From sequence record DRR723986_3166: 48,330 nucleotides of DNA. The stretch is one strand, 5' to 3'. Of this stretch, positions 29,514 through 38,500 are shown piece by piece. Each line of letters begins with the position of its first letter. Positions within the stretch are counted from its first letter, which is position 1. Below the pieces are notes generated by a model that was not told the origin of the DNA, did not search any database, and saw only the letters and a program-made list of their open reading frames with translations. The position numbers were made by a program, and so were the translations under genes.

Positions 29514-31025
29514 ATGTTTTTACATAAAAAGACCATACTGCTGATGATCAGTGGGATGTTAATTTTGACAGTCGGCCTGGTTTTTCCTACGAATGTTGCA
29601 GCGCAATGGGAGCGCTCTTTTGGAGGGCCGGATGAGCCGGATGATGCTGACGAAGTAATTGGCGGCCAATATGGCAGCCTCCTCGGCTGGGCATTTACAA
29701 TTGGTGGAACTCATTCAGCCAATGCCGCTTCCGCGTTTAATTCTAACCCGCCTAACTTATTGATTAGTTATGCGGACCCACTTGGAATCTCTATACGTGG
29801 CATCATGCATGATGTTGAAATGTGGGATCAGGATGCGTCAATTGTTGAATTGCGCGACGGAACTGGTGTCGCGTGGACTACGGGAGTCCGCAATCCTGAT
29901 AACAATAGTTTTGATGTCCTTATTGCGCGCTCTGATTACGGTGGTGGCCCAGCAGCTACGCGTGTTTTTGGTGGTTTCCAGGATGAAGGTGGAACTTCCA
30001 TTATTCAGCTTGCTGATGCTGCTCCCTATAACGGTGACCTGCTCATAGTCGGAACAAGTGAAAGCTTCGGAAATGGATCTAAAGACGGCTTTATAGCCAA
30101 AGTGGACGAAGTGACACTTGTAATTGATTGGGTCTACTATTTTAGCGGTGCATTTGGTGCCGACCGCAATGACTCATTCCATGCAGTTCATCAGGCAACC
30201 CCTCAGTCCGCCAATCCCAATTATGTTTATGCTGTGGGGTCCAGCAATAGTCTGAACTCCAACGGCAATTATGACAAATGGCTCGTGGGTGTTGACCCAA
30301 AACAAACAACACCAATTTTTCATTCTGCAAAAGCCTACGGCGGCTCAGAAAACGATCATGCATATAGCGTAGTGCCGACTACTTCCGGCGGCTGCGGTTC
30401 ACAAACTCATCGTATCAATTTGGTGGGTGAGACCTACAGCGGAACTACATATGCGAATGACATTAGTGTGCTGGTAATGGATGACCTTTTAACCAAGGTC
30501 TCTTCCTATCGTTATGATGTTGTCCAATCTCCCAACCTATCTTCAGAGGTAGCATACGATGCAGCTCAGCGCTCCAATACAGGTACGATTCAGAGTGGTG
30601 ACCTGGTTCTGGTTGGGCAAACCAACTATGGTAATGCTCCCTTCGGTCAGGCAATTGCCATGATGATTCCTGAAGATGGAGGGGCGCCTATTCAATTCCA
30701 AAATACCTACGGGGATCCGGACACATACTCCACGGCCAAGTCAATCGGTTTTAACTATAACCTTCTGCTGCCATATTACATTGCAGGACGAAACGATGTT
30801 GTTCAGGCCGGAGACCAATACCTTCTCAACTTGCAGAACAACGGAAGCTCCGGTTCGGCGGGCGGTTCATCTTGCCCGATTCCAGTTTCACCCATGGAGC
30901 ATTCAACCCCTCATCCAGTCGTAAATGCAAACTCAGTGATGTCTCAGGCGACTCTCTTGGTTGATGATACCATGACAATTAACATTACAGTCATCGGCGA
31001 TCAGGTTGATCTTTGTGGACCCTAA
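29514..31025 (+). CDS. Secreted beta-propeller-like protein B3 (no CTD)
   Basis: AAGGAG SD; signal peptide VAA|Q; FNSNPPNLL; ends at DLCGP. Confidence 0.85.
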   Translation: MFLHKKTILLMISGMLILTVGLVFPTNVAAQWERSFGGPDEPDDADEVIGGQYGSLLGWAFTIGGTHSANAASAFNSNPPNLLISYADPLGISIRGIMHDVEMWDQDASIVELRDGTGVAWTTGVRNPDNNSFDVLIARSDYGGGPAATRVFGGFQDEGGTSIIQLADAAPYNGDLLIVGTSESFGNGSKDGFIAKVDEVTLVIDWVYYFSGAFGADRNDSFHAVHQATPQSANPNYVYAVGSSNSLNSNGNYDKWLVGVDPKQTTPIFHSAKAYGGSENDHAYSVVPTTSGGCGSQTHRINLVGETYSGTTYANDISVLVMDDLLTKVSSYRYDVVQSPNLSSEVAYDAAQRSNTGTIQSGDLVLVGQTNYGNAPFGQAIAMMIPEDGGAPIQFQNTYGDPDTYSTAKSIGFNYNLLLPYYIAGRNDVVQAGDQYLLNLQNNGSSGSAGGSSCPIPVSPMEHSTPHPVVNANSVMSQATLLVDDTMTINITVIGDQVDLCGP

Positions 31026-31080
31026 TCCAGATTAAGGCAGGCGCGAAGTTTACGTAACTTTCATGCCGGTCTTATAGGTT

Positions 31081-31120
31081 AACAGCCTGGGCGTCTGCGG
31101 ATGTCTGGGCTGTTGTAGTT
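31081..31120 (+). terminator. Hairpin and probable terminator after B3
   Basis: AACAGCCTGGGCGTC-TGCG-GATGTCTGGGCTGTT then GTAGTT. Confidence 0.6.
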
Positions 31121-31127
31121 TAAACTC

Positions 31128-31173
31128 AAAAAAACAAGGCATGTACCATAATATTAATGCCACATGCCCTGTT
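31128..31173 (-). terminator. Rho-independent terminator of the YHS gene
   Basis: Minus strand AACAGGGCATGT...ACATGCCTTGTT followed by a T-run. Confidence 0.7.
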
Positions 31174-31190
31174 CAATACTGCGCGGAATT

Positions 31191-31658
31191 TTACATTTTG
31201 CGCCAGTTGGAGTTAGCCAGGTCGCGTAGGTTCTTCTCATCTGAATTCCACATCAGGACCGTATTCATTGGTTTGCCTTCATAGAAGTCGTTGAAAAACA
31301 GGTAAAGTTTGCCGTCAACTACTTTGAAGGTCTCGGGATTAACTGGAACTTTGGCTTCCATCTTACCAATCGCAAACGCGCAGTATCCACCGTATTGCGG
31401 CAAGTACTTGTCAGGGCTCTTCTTAAACAATTCTTGATGTTCTGCAGAGCTGAACCAGTACGTTGTACCATCGTGTTTGGCCGTAAATTCTGAGCTCCCA
31501 CGCTGAGCTTCGTTGGCGCTGAAGTACGCGACTACGTCATAGCCATTGTTTGCGACGCCATCGGCGTTAACAAAACACTTTCCGTCCTGGGCTTGTGCTG
31601 CCGCTGCAACGAATAAAACTGCTGTAGCAAAGAATACAAATATGCGGGACTTAAACAT
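31191..31658 (-). CDS. Exported YHS-domain protein
   Basis: Signal peptide AQA|Q; GYDVVAYF, YWFSSAEHQELFKKSPDKYLPQYGGYCAF, VDGKLYLF. Confidence 0.9.
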   Translation of the reverse strand: MFKSRIFVFFATAVLFVAAAAQAQDGKCFVNADGVANNGYDVVAYFSANEAQRGSSEFTAKHDGTTYWFSSAEHQELFKKSPDKYLPQYGGYCAFAIGKMEAKVPVNPETFKVVDGKLYLFFNDFYEGKPMNTVLMWNSDEKNLRDLANSNWRKM

Positions 31659-31746
31659 CGTGACTATTCCTGTAATACAATTATGAAAGCGTTAAACATT
31701 CAGTTCTGTTTTGAGCGTCCAGTCTGGATGCGCTTGTTTCGTAGTA

Positions 31747-31812
31747 CAAAGATAAGTATCATTGCCTGGCACATCGCTGACGAATAGTGCAGAAAAATTG
31801 ACTGATCGTCCA
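31747..31812 (-). promoter_or_regulatory. Candidate YHS promoter with tandem AraC-type half-sites
   Basis: Minus-strand TATCTTTG (31747-31754); plus-strand repeats TGACGAATAGTGCA (31778) and TGACTGATCGTCCA (31799), 21 bp apart. Confidence 0.5.
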
Positions 31813-31834
31813 AAATATGAACTGAGAATGGCAT

Positions 31835-32746
31835 ATGGATGCTTTTAGCGATATCCTGCGACTGATCCGACTGCAGAGTTCGGTCTACTTCCGCACAGAC
31901 TTCCACGCTCCCTGGGGCATGCAGGCCTCCAAAGGGGTGTACGCGCAATTTCATTTGATCGTTCGTGGTACATGTTTGTTGGGCACACCTCTTCTCGACT
32001 CTGTTGAAACGTTAACTGCTGGTGACATCGTTGTTTTTCCGCGTGGTGACGAGCATTGGCTTGCCGATACGCTTGGCAGGCCCATGGTGGCCGGTGCCGA
32101 AGTTGTTTCCGCTGTACAGAGTAGGCAGCCTGTTTTTGATGGCGATGGTGCGGCAACAACAATTGTCTGCGGCCATTTTGAATTTGACCGCAATGTTAAT
32201 CATCCGTTTTTACTTGGTTTGCCGCCAATTATTCTACTGCGCGATGATGAACGCCGTGAGTTAAGCTGGCTCGAAACTGCCACGAGTGTGATTATTCACG
32301 AAGCCGGTTCGGGCCGCGCGGGTGCGGATGTGGTGGTTGACCGTCTGGCCGAAGTACTCTTTATTCAGGTCTTGCGAGCCTATTCACTTCAACAGGTTGG
32401 GGAGAGTGGATTCATGGCTGCTCTCGAAGATCCGCAGTTAAGCCATGCACTTAAACTTTTGCACATTGAACCACAGAAAAGTTGGACGCTGGAATCAATT
32501 GCACGTGCCATCGGTATGTCGCGCTCATCATTTGCAGCAAAGTTTCGTGAGGCGGTTGGTTTAACACCCATGGACTACTTAACATCGTGGCGTATGTTAA
32601 AAGCTCGTGATCTATTGCGCAATCGCAACCTTTCCTTGCCTGAAATCGCCGAGGAGGTCGGTTATACTTCCGAAGCATCATTCAGCCGTGCATTCAAACG
32701 TCACTTCTCACAAAACCCAGGTGCCATGCGGCGTTCATTTGTTTAA
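31835..32746 (+). CDS. AraC-family regulator with Cupin_6 N-terminal domain (RclR-like)
   Basis: MDAFSDILRLIRL, APWG, FHLIVRGTC, IVCGHF; HTH WTLESIARAIGMSRSSFA...VGYTSEASFSRAFKR. Confidence 0.92.
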   Translation: MDAFSDILRLIRLQSSVYFRTDFHAPWGMQASKGVYAQFHLIVRGTCLLGTPLLDSVETLTAGDIVVFPRGDEHWLADTLGRPMVAGAEVVSAVQSRQPVFDGDGAATTIVCGHFEFDRNVNHPFLLGLPPIILLRDDERRELSWLETATSVIIHEAGSGRAGADVVVDRLAEVLFIQVLRAYSLQQVGESGFMAALEDPQLSHALKLLHIEPQKSWTLESIARAIGMSRSSFAAKFREAVGLTPMDYLTSWRMLKARDLLRNRNLSLPEIAEEVGYTSEASFSRAFKRHFSQNPGAMRRSFV

Positions 32747-32881
32747 GTGTCTGCTGCCTGAACTATTGGTAAGGACTGACCTGAGCGCTTTGAGCCCTGG
32801 CTGCTCTTGTCACAATTAGGTTGGTGTCGCGTTTCGGTGTACGGCCTCAGGCTTTTTGATTTTCTTGTTAGTCATCGAATA

Positions 32882-34177
32882 TCAATCGACTTTGCGCAGG
32901 TCTTTAGAAATTTTATCTCTCAGGTTAAACTCAGCCATTACAGCTTCAGCGGACTGGGTGTCTCCTTGATGCACGTAGTTATCGCGCAGCATGCTGTAGA
33001 CTTTGAAGTAACGTTGACGAAGCTCATCGTAGTCATCAGAATGTGAACTATGAATTCGTATTTTGAACCTGAATGAGTGTTTAGCTGATGTGTCGGCTTG
33101 TGCTTGCCAGTCAGCCCATTGGACCTGGAGTGTGCCTACAGGGAATTTCATGCCTTCAAGATAGATCGTTGCCAAACTATCAAATTTACTTTTGCGGAAG
33201 TCAACACCCTGCACGAAGTCAGCCGATGTTAAATCTAATCGCGCGCCAAATAACGTTCCGTCAAATCCAGGAGGCTGGCTAAACTGCGCATTTTTTAGAA
33301 TGACACTGTTGTTGAAAGTTGCCTCTCTAAAATCTGAGCGCGCTCTAAACTTTGCATCTGCGAAGCTAAATTGGCCGTCAGACCGTAGTACAGCGAAGTC
33401 AGCCAGACCGTCAAATTGCGCATTCGCGAAGTTGGCTCCTTCTCTCAAGTAGGCTTTGAAAAACACAGCGTTATCCTTAAAGTGCGCGTCGCGAAACTCT
33501 GCAAAAACCGATAGATTGGTCCGGCTAAAATCGGCATGTTTCTTGAAAATTGCGTCAGCAAATTTGGCCGGTTGCCGCCCTCTTGTAACAAGTACATCGC
33601 GGAACAGAGCATTGTTATCAAATTTGGCATTCTCGAAGCTCATGCCATTCAAAAATGCTGTACTGTCAAAGTTGCAAACGCCTTTACACTCAATGTTGGT
33701 GAAGGATGCATAATCATTGAATCTGGACCGCGTGAATCTCACCAGTCCGCCAAACTCAGCAGACGCAAATGTTACTCTTCCATGAAATGCTGCGTCATTG
33801 AACATCAGGACGTTTCTACTACGGATATCGCAGAACCGGCTTTTGTAATGGAAACGAGTATCGCTGAAATCCACGGTCTCCTTAAACTCAACATCCTCGA
33901 AAAGGGTGAGGTTGTAAAACGCCGCGTTGACGAACGTCGCACCTTTCTTGAACTCAGCGTCACAAAAGTCTGCTTTGGCGTTAAACTGGACTCCACTGAA
34001 GTTGGCTGTGCTGTCAAATTCGATACCGTCGTAATCAACTTCCTGTGAGTAGACGCGTGTATTTTCACTCTGTGAAAGCACGAGCGCATTTGGCCACAGG
34101 CTAATAGCAAAGAGCGTAACAGTCAATACTACGGGTTGAATATAAAGTCTCCTAATAGGATAGGGTAGGGGAATCAT
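32882..34177 (-). CDS. Exported pentapeptide-repeat protein
   Basis: Long A-x-F-x-x repeat array (ANFSGVQFNAKADFCDAEFKKGATF...); hydrophobic N-terminus ending VLS|Q; ATG 34177 preferred over TTG 34207. Confidence 0.85.
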   Translation of the reverse strand: MIPLPYPIRRLYIQPVVLTVTLFAISLWPNALVLSQSENTRVYSQEVDYDGIEFDSTANFSGVQFNAKADFCDAEFKKGATFVNAAFYNLTLFEDVEFKETVDFSDTRFHYKSRFCDIRSRNVLMFNDAAFHGRVTFASAEFGGLVRFTRSRFNDYASFTNIECKGVCNFDSTAFLNGMSFENAKFDNNALFRDVLVTRGRQPAKFADAIFKKHADFSRTNLSVFAEFRDAHFKDNAVFFKAYLREGANFANAQFDGLADFAVLRSDGQFSFADAKFRARSDFREATFNNSVILKNAQFSQPPGFDGTLFGARLDLTSADFVQGVDFRKSKFDSLATIYLEGMKFPVGTLQVQWADWQAQADTSAKHSFRFKIRIHSSHSDDYDELRQRYFKVYSMLRDNYVHQGDTQSAEAVMAEFNLRDKISKDLRKVD

Positions 34178-34278
34178 CTTAATTTTCTGTGTTTTTTCTT
34201 GATTCAACTACTGAATAATTAATGTCGTTTTCCTTGATCAATGTAGTAGTTTATAACTGAATTGCTGTGAATAATATT

Positions 34279-34473
34279 TCATTCAACCTCATCAATGATA
34301 CTCTCCTTGTTCTTGAAGTGAGCTTCGCTAAAAGTAACCGTGCTATCGAATGTAGCAACTTCAAGCTCTACCATTGTAGAAAACAACTCTGCCTGATAAT
34401 TTTGGCCAAATGTGCAGAGGCAGGAAGTTAAGTAACCTGGAACGAGTATTAGAGCTATTGTAGATCGGCACAT
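34279..34473 (-). pseudogene. Truncated paralog of the pentapeptide-repeat protein
   Basis: FSTMVELEVATFDSTVTFSEAHFKNK aligns with YSQEVDYDGIEFDSTANFSGVQFNAK of the downstream gene; stops after 64 codons. Confidence 0.55.
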
Positions 34474-34592
34474 GGTAGTTCCAGCATTAGAGCAATTGGT
34501 GAGAGAATTAATGTCAGGCAACATTGTCTTACTATTGAGTCTTTGGTCCAAACTTAAGGAGCTGTAGAGCTTGGGTGATAAGTAATCTCAGG

Positions 34593-35921
34593 TTATCGTG
34601 TGATTTGAAGTACACCAGACTTGAGCGTGGCTTCAATGCTTGAGATTAGATAGAGATATGTCCCTGAATTTAGCGTGTTGAATTCCGGGATTACTATTGA
34701 ATGGCCGTTTCTTGTGTGTAGTTTTTGGTTTATGATCGATTTTCCATAAAGATCTACAAGCTGCAAGGAATATTCGATATGGCTGGCCGAATTCTCAATT
34801 GTGACTGTTAATCCTTCAGGCCCCTGTTGAATGCTTATTTGTTGCTCACTGGATGGCTCGTGCATATGGACATCGGTCACTATTTCACGGCGGTAAATTC
34901 CGCCTTCACCAAATCCTGCAATAAGTGCATAGTCACCTGCCCAGGCTACCTCTGGGGGCGATGAAGTACCATTACCGTCGGGAACGTCAATGTACTGCCA
35001 GGTCTCACCTCCGTCGGTCGTTTCAATAATTTTACGTGGGTTACTTGCAGCCATTCCATGCCGTGCATCTTTGAAAGATATACTCGTTGGTCCAAATGGA
35101 AAGTCATCATAGAGTTGATTAAGTACCAGTTCCCAAGTCTGCCCTTTGTCTGTGGTTTTCCAAATGACGTCTGTACTCTTTTGATTCTCACCGGTAAGCT
35201 GAAAACCTGCAGCATAAGCCAAGTTCTCATCTATAAAATCAATCTCTGCGATCACTTTGGGGCGCCGACCAGTAGGCGTTTCCTCGCCAACGCTATATTG
35301 TTGCCACTCCCCAGTTAGTATGTTGTAGCTCACGAATTCGTGGCTGTTCCTAAAGGTTTTGAGAAGCGCAACAGTGACAGAGTCAATAAAGAATACCGGG
35401 TCACCGGCACGCTCGAACTCTTCCAGATCGATGGCTTCATAACTTTCCCAGTTATCTCTTGTAACTATCAGGTGGTCCTTCGTTACTCCCGCGCCAATAT
35501 TCCGATTGTACATGTTGATTCCGTAGAAGTACGCGGTTGCATCTGCCGAAATTTCACCAAAAACGACTCTTTCAAAAGTTTTGCCGCCGTCAGTGCTCTT
35601 TTCGAGTGCAACGCGATCCAATGAAGTCATATACAGATACATCGAGTCAAGAACAAGGCCTTGAAACAGATTATAGAGTGAGTCATTGGAATTGGCAATT
35701 CTATCAATGAAATAGTGCTGTTCCCACGTGTTGCCTTGATCAATCGACTTGTAGATTGTTGTAGTGCCGCCATCATCTGCAAATGCAAAACAGTTAAAAG
35801 CATCGGGACATGCGATAGTACCGATACCTTCAAAACCAACCTGACTTTTCTTTAATACCCAGGAGGCGTCTTGTGCGCATACAGTCCCGAAGCAACAAAG
35901 CAGTACTACAATGTATTTCAT
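34593..35921 (-). CDS. BNR/Asp-box (YCF48-like) beta-propeller protein with probable T9SS CTD
   Basis: KSIDQGNTW, KSTDGGKTF, KTTDKGQTW, ETTDGGETW; signal peptide VCA|Q; C-terminus DLYGK...NSGTYLYLI. Confidence 0.85.
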   Translation of the reverse strand: MKYIVVLLCCFGTVCAQDASWVLKKSQVGFEGIGTIACPDAFNCFAFADDGGTTTIYKSIDQGNTWEQHYFIDRIANSNDSLYNLFQGLVLDSMYLYMTSLDRVALEKSTDGGKTFERVVFGEISADATAYFYGINMYNRNIGAGVTKDHLIVTRDNWESYEAIDLEEFERAGDPVFFIDSVTVALLKTFRNSHEFVSYNILTGEWQQYSVGEETPTGRRPKVIAEIDFIDENLAYAAGFQLTGENQKSTDVIWKTTDKGQTWELVLNQLYDDFPFGPTSISFKDARHGMAASNPRKIIETTDGGETWQYIDVPDGNGTSSPPEVAWAGDYALIAGFGEGGIYRREIVTDVHMHEPSSEQQISIQQGPEGLTVTIENSASHIEYSLQLVDLYGKSIINQKLHTRNGHSIVIPEFNTLNSGTYLYLISSIEATLKSGVLQITR

Positions 35922-35933
35922 GGTGTTTCCCGT

Positions 35934-35973
35934 AAAAAGTTCCCCTGCTGCGCCTTGCGTTGCAGCAGGGGAA
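35934..35973 (-). terminator. Terminator-like hairpin between the Cys-rich gene and the BNR gene
   Basis: Perfect 12-bp stem TTCCCCTGCTGC/GCAGCAGGGGAA; the minus strand continues CTTTTT. Confidence 0.75.
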
Positions 35974-35981
35974 TGTAGCTC

Positions 35982-38351
35982 TTATTTCACAATCTGGAAC
36001 TTGCTGGTTCCCTGAACGTGATCGTTGGCCGTTACAGAACAAATATATGTACCACTGGCAAGATTCGAAATATTGATGCTCAGGAAGTTACCTGCTGCTG
36101 CAATATCAAAACTCTGAGTGAGTACCGGTTGTCCGAGAATATTATGAATTGTTACCGTAACATCCTCAAGACTTGTTTCTGCAATTGTAATATCCAAATG
36201 CGTATCGCTGTTGGAAACCTGATACTGTAGTACAACTTCACGTGGGGTGCTGGGCTCGTTTGCGGCTCCGACGCTTCCACGGGCTGTACCTGACTGTTCG
36301 TTGTACCTGTCTCGCAGGTCTTGGTCAATGTCAATGTCACCACCGTCGATGTCGTCGAAGACGTCACAACTGGCATCTTCACAACTGACGGAAGGATTGG
36401 CAGCCTGGCAAGGCCCTTGCACTCCAGGTGTCTGTTGCTGAGAGCAATTGAAGGTAGAGGATCCCTGCGCAAAGCCGAGGTCTTCCACAGTGATTGCACC
36501 ATCGATATTGCATACCCGCAGCTGTCTTGCACAGCAGTCAGAATTACAGGGGACCATCGTTGTGAATGAGTCGCCTTCACCGTCCAGGCAGTGGAAGGTC
36601 GCCCAGCAAGAGTTCTGCACTACGCGGAAGATGTCGGCACAGTTTACAGCATCACCAGTTTGTGGTACCCACGCCGGATTTTGCTGTAATGCACTGTTGA
36701 TGACGCGTGGCAGAGCACCCTGGAAAATCTCTTCCTGAGTCGTGCCGGGATTGCAGTTTGGATCAACTTTTTCAATCTCCGTCATCTGCACATCCTGATG
36801 GCCATCAGCAGTCTTACGGTATTGATAGGTCACCCAGTATGTACAACCGTCAATTTCCACCGCTGTTTTACTAGGAAGACTCCACGCATCATTGGGGTTA
36901 TCAACATCACAAGGCTCGGGGCGCGTCACGTTCTCAATGCGTTCGCAGAACGCTTCGTTACTGACAATTTCACAGTATTCAGTTGTTGAGCCGTTTTGAT
37001 ATAAACGCACTTCGTACTGAATTGTCTCGCCGGCTGGAATACATGTAGGCAATGGCAAACTACCGCCAGGGCCAATCGGAGATTGAGAAGCGGCGTGGTC
37101 AACGTTCGTAACGATTGCACCGGTTTTGTCCTTAATCTTATAGGCAAGGGTGTAGTGTGAATAACACGAGGCGTACTCTTCGGGAATATCCAGGAAGCCG
37201 GCAACAGCACATTCGCCGGCCGAGCAGGCGGAACTGTACTTATCGACATCCAGAAAAGCCCAGCTGCTCATGACGTGGTCCGGCGGACAGGTACACTCAC
37301 CGCAGGAAAGAGTCACAGTCCGAGAGTCACATGTTTCGCCACCAATCGAGATTGTATAGGTAATCTCATGCTGATCTTCACCGAGGCACAACTCGCCGCC
37401 ACTACCGAGAGTAATAGGGTTGCCGGACTCATCTGTGTAGGCAATTGTGAGTTGGCCTGGATCACAAAGAGCTTCGTCTGAGCTGTTAACAAACGGGAGC
37501 CAGCAGCAGTTGTTACCGTCTGGATCAGTGGGCACGAAGTCAACTGTAATGTAATCACAGCAGGTGTAGTCGCAGCCAATCGTCCGCTCAATAATACAAG
37601 GAGTTGGATCACCAGCGGAGCGCATCAAGGTAATTTGGACAAACAGCGTACTGTTTTTGGCTAAGCACCGGTCAATACCTGGCATTGACAATTCACCGTC
37701 ATACGAGCTGATGCCGCTCTCTGTGAGCGTCATTGGATTATTGTCTTCCATTGTTAACACATTGTAGTGCGTAAAACAGTCGAAGTCGGCTGGTATAGTC
37801 AGGCTGTTAGTTACTTCACAAGACTGCGGGCAATTCTCTCCACCTGGCGTGGCGGTCAGAGTAAACCACGTATCATTACTTGCCGGGCATTCACAGTAGC
37901 CGCATATGACGGAGCGCCGAACGTTGCAGGGAGACGGATCGTCTACGGAACGGTACAGCAGGACTGTGATTTCAACGACTTCACCATCATTGATACACCG
38001 ATCAATACCGGCCAGCGGGCCGCTGGACGGCAACGGCAATTTAGCCGGTGTCGGCGAGCCATCATCAATAGCGTAATAGGTGTAGCAGGCAAATTCTGGC
38101 GGAATGTTAAGGCTATGAGTGAGTTTACATTGCCCGGGGCCACACTCAGGACTCCCTGGTGTAACTGTTAACTCCAGCCAGCGATTGCGAATGAATGCAA
38201 CCTGCGGACAATCGCAGTCACAGTCATTATTGTTGTTGCGTTGAATACGATTTCCATTGTCATCGTAGTTGTAATGCATTTGATCCTGTTGAGCCGAAAG
38301 GCTTGCTGTTAAACAGAACAGCAGCAGGACGAGCATTTTATGTTTATTCAT
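35982..38351 (-). CDS. Cys-rich secreted protein with N-terminal YD-like strand and T9SS CTD
   Basis: Signal peptide LSA|Q; YNYDDNGNRIQR; three internal Cys-rich repeats; CTD IHNILGQPV...SNLASGTYIC...KFQIVK; AAGGA SD. Confidence 0.85.
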   Translation of the reverse strand: MNKHKMLVLLLFCLTASLSAQQDQMHYNYDDNGNRIQRNNNNDCDCDCPQVAFIRNRWLELTVTPGSPECGPGQCKLTHSLNIPPEFACYTYYAIDDGSPTPAKLPLPSSGPLAGIDRCINDGEVVEITVLLYRSVDDPSPCNVRRSVICGYCECPASNDTWFTLTATPGGENCPQSCEVTNSLTIPADFDCFTHYNVLTMEDNNPMTLTESGISSYDGELSMPGIDRCLAKNSTLFVQITLMRSAGDPTPCIIERTIGCDYTCCDYITVDFVPTDPDGNNCCWLPFVNSSDEALCDPGQLTIAYTDESGNPITLGSGGELCLGEDQHEITYTISIGGETCDSRTVTLSCGECTCPPDHVMSSWAFLDVDKYSSACSAGECAVAGFLDIPEEYASCYSHYTLAYKIKDKTGAIVTNVDHAASQSPIGPGGSLPLPTCIPAGETIQYEVRLYQNGSTTEYCEIVSNEAFCERIENVTRPEPCDVDNPNDAWSLPSKTAVEIDGCTYWVTYQYRKTADGHQDVQMTEIEKVDPNCNPGTTQEEIFQGALPRVINSALQQNPAWVPQTGDAVNCADIFRVVQNSCWATFHCLDGEGDSFTTMVPCNSDCCARQLRVCNIDGAITVEDLGFAQGSSTFNCSQQQTPGVQGPCQAANPSVSCEDASCDVFDDIDGGDIDIDQDLRDRYNEQSGTARGSVGAANEPSTPREVVLQYQVSNSDTHLDITIAETSLEDVTVTIHNILGQPVLTQSFDIAAAGNFLSINISNLASGTYICSVTANDHVQGTSKFQIVK

Positions 38352-38500
38352 TGTAATTCCTTTATCGCCTCAGCGTACTGGGCTCTATTACTAGTTTAGA
38401 TTTGGTCAGTTGTTCTGGAATATTGGCAGTTCGTTCGTGTATGCCGACACTATTGATAGGAGTTGCGATTCCTGCTAGTGCCTGGTATGCTACAATACTG

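Noticed and set aside
31191-31658. Selenoprotein form of the YHS protein
   Set aside because: The GGYC position is a normal Cys codon, with no in-frame TGA
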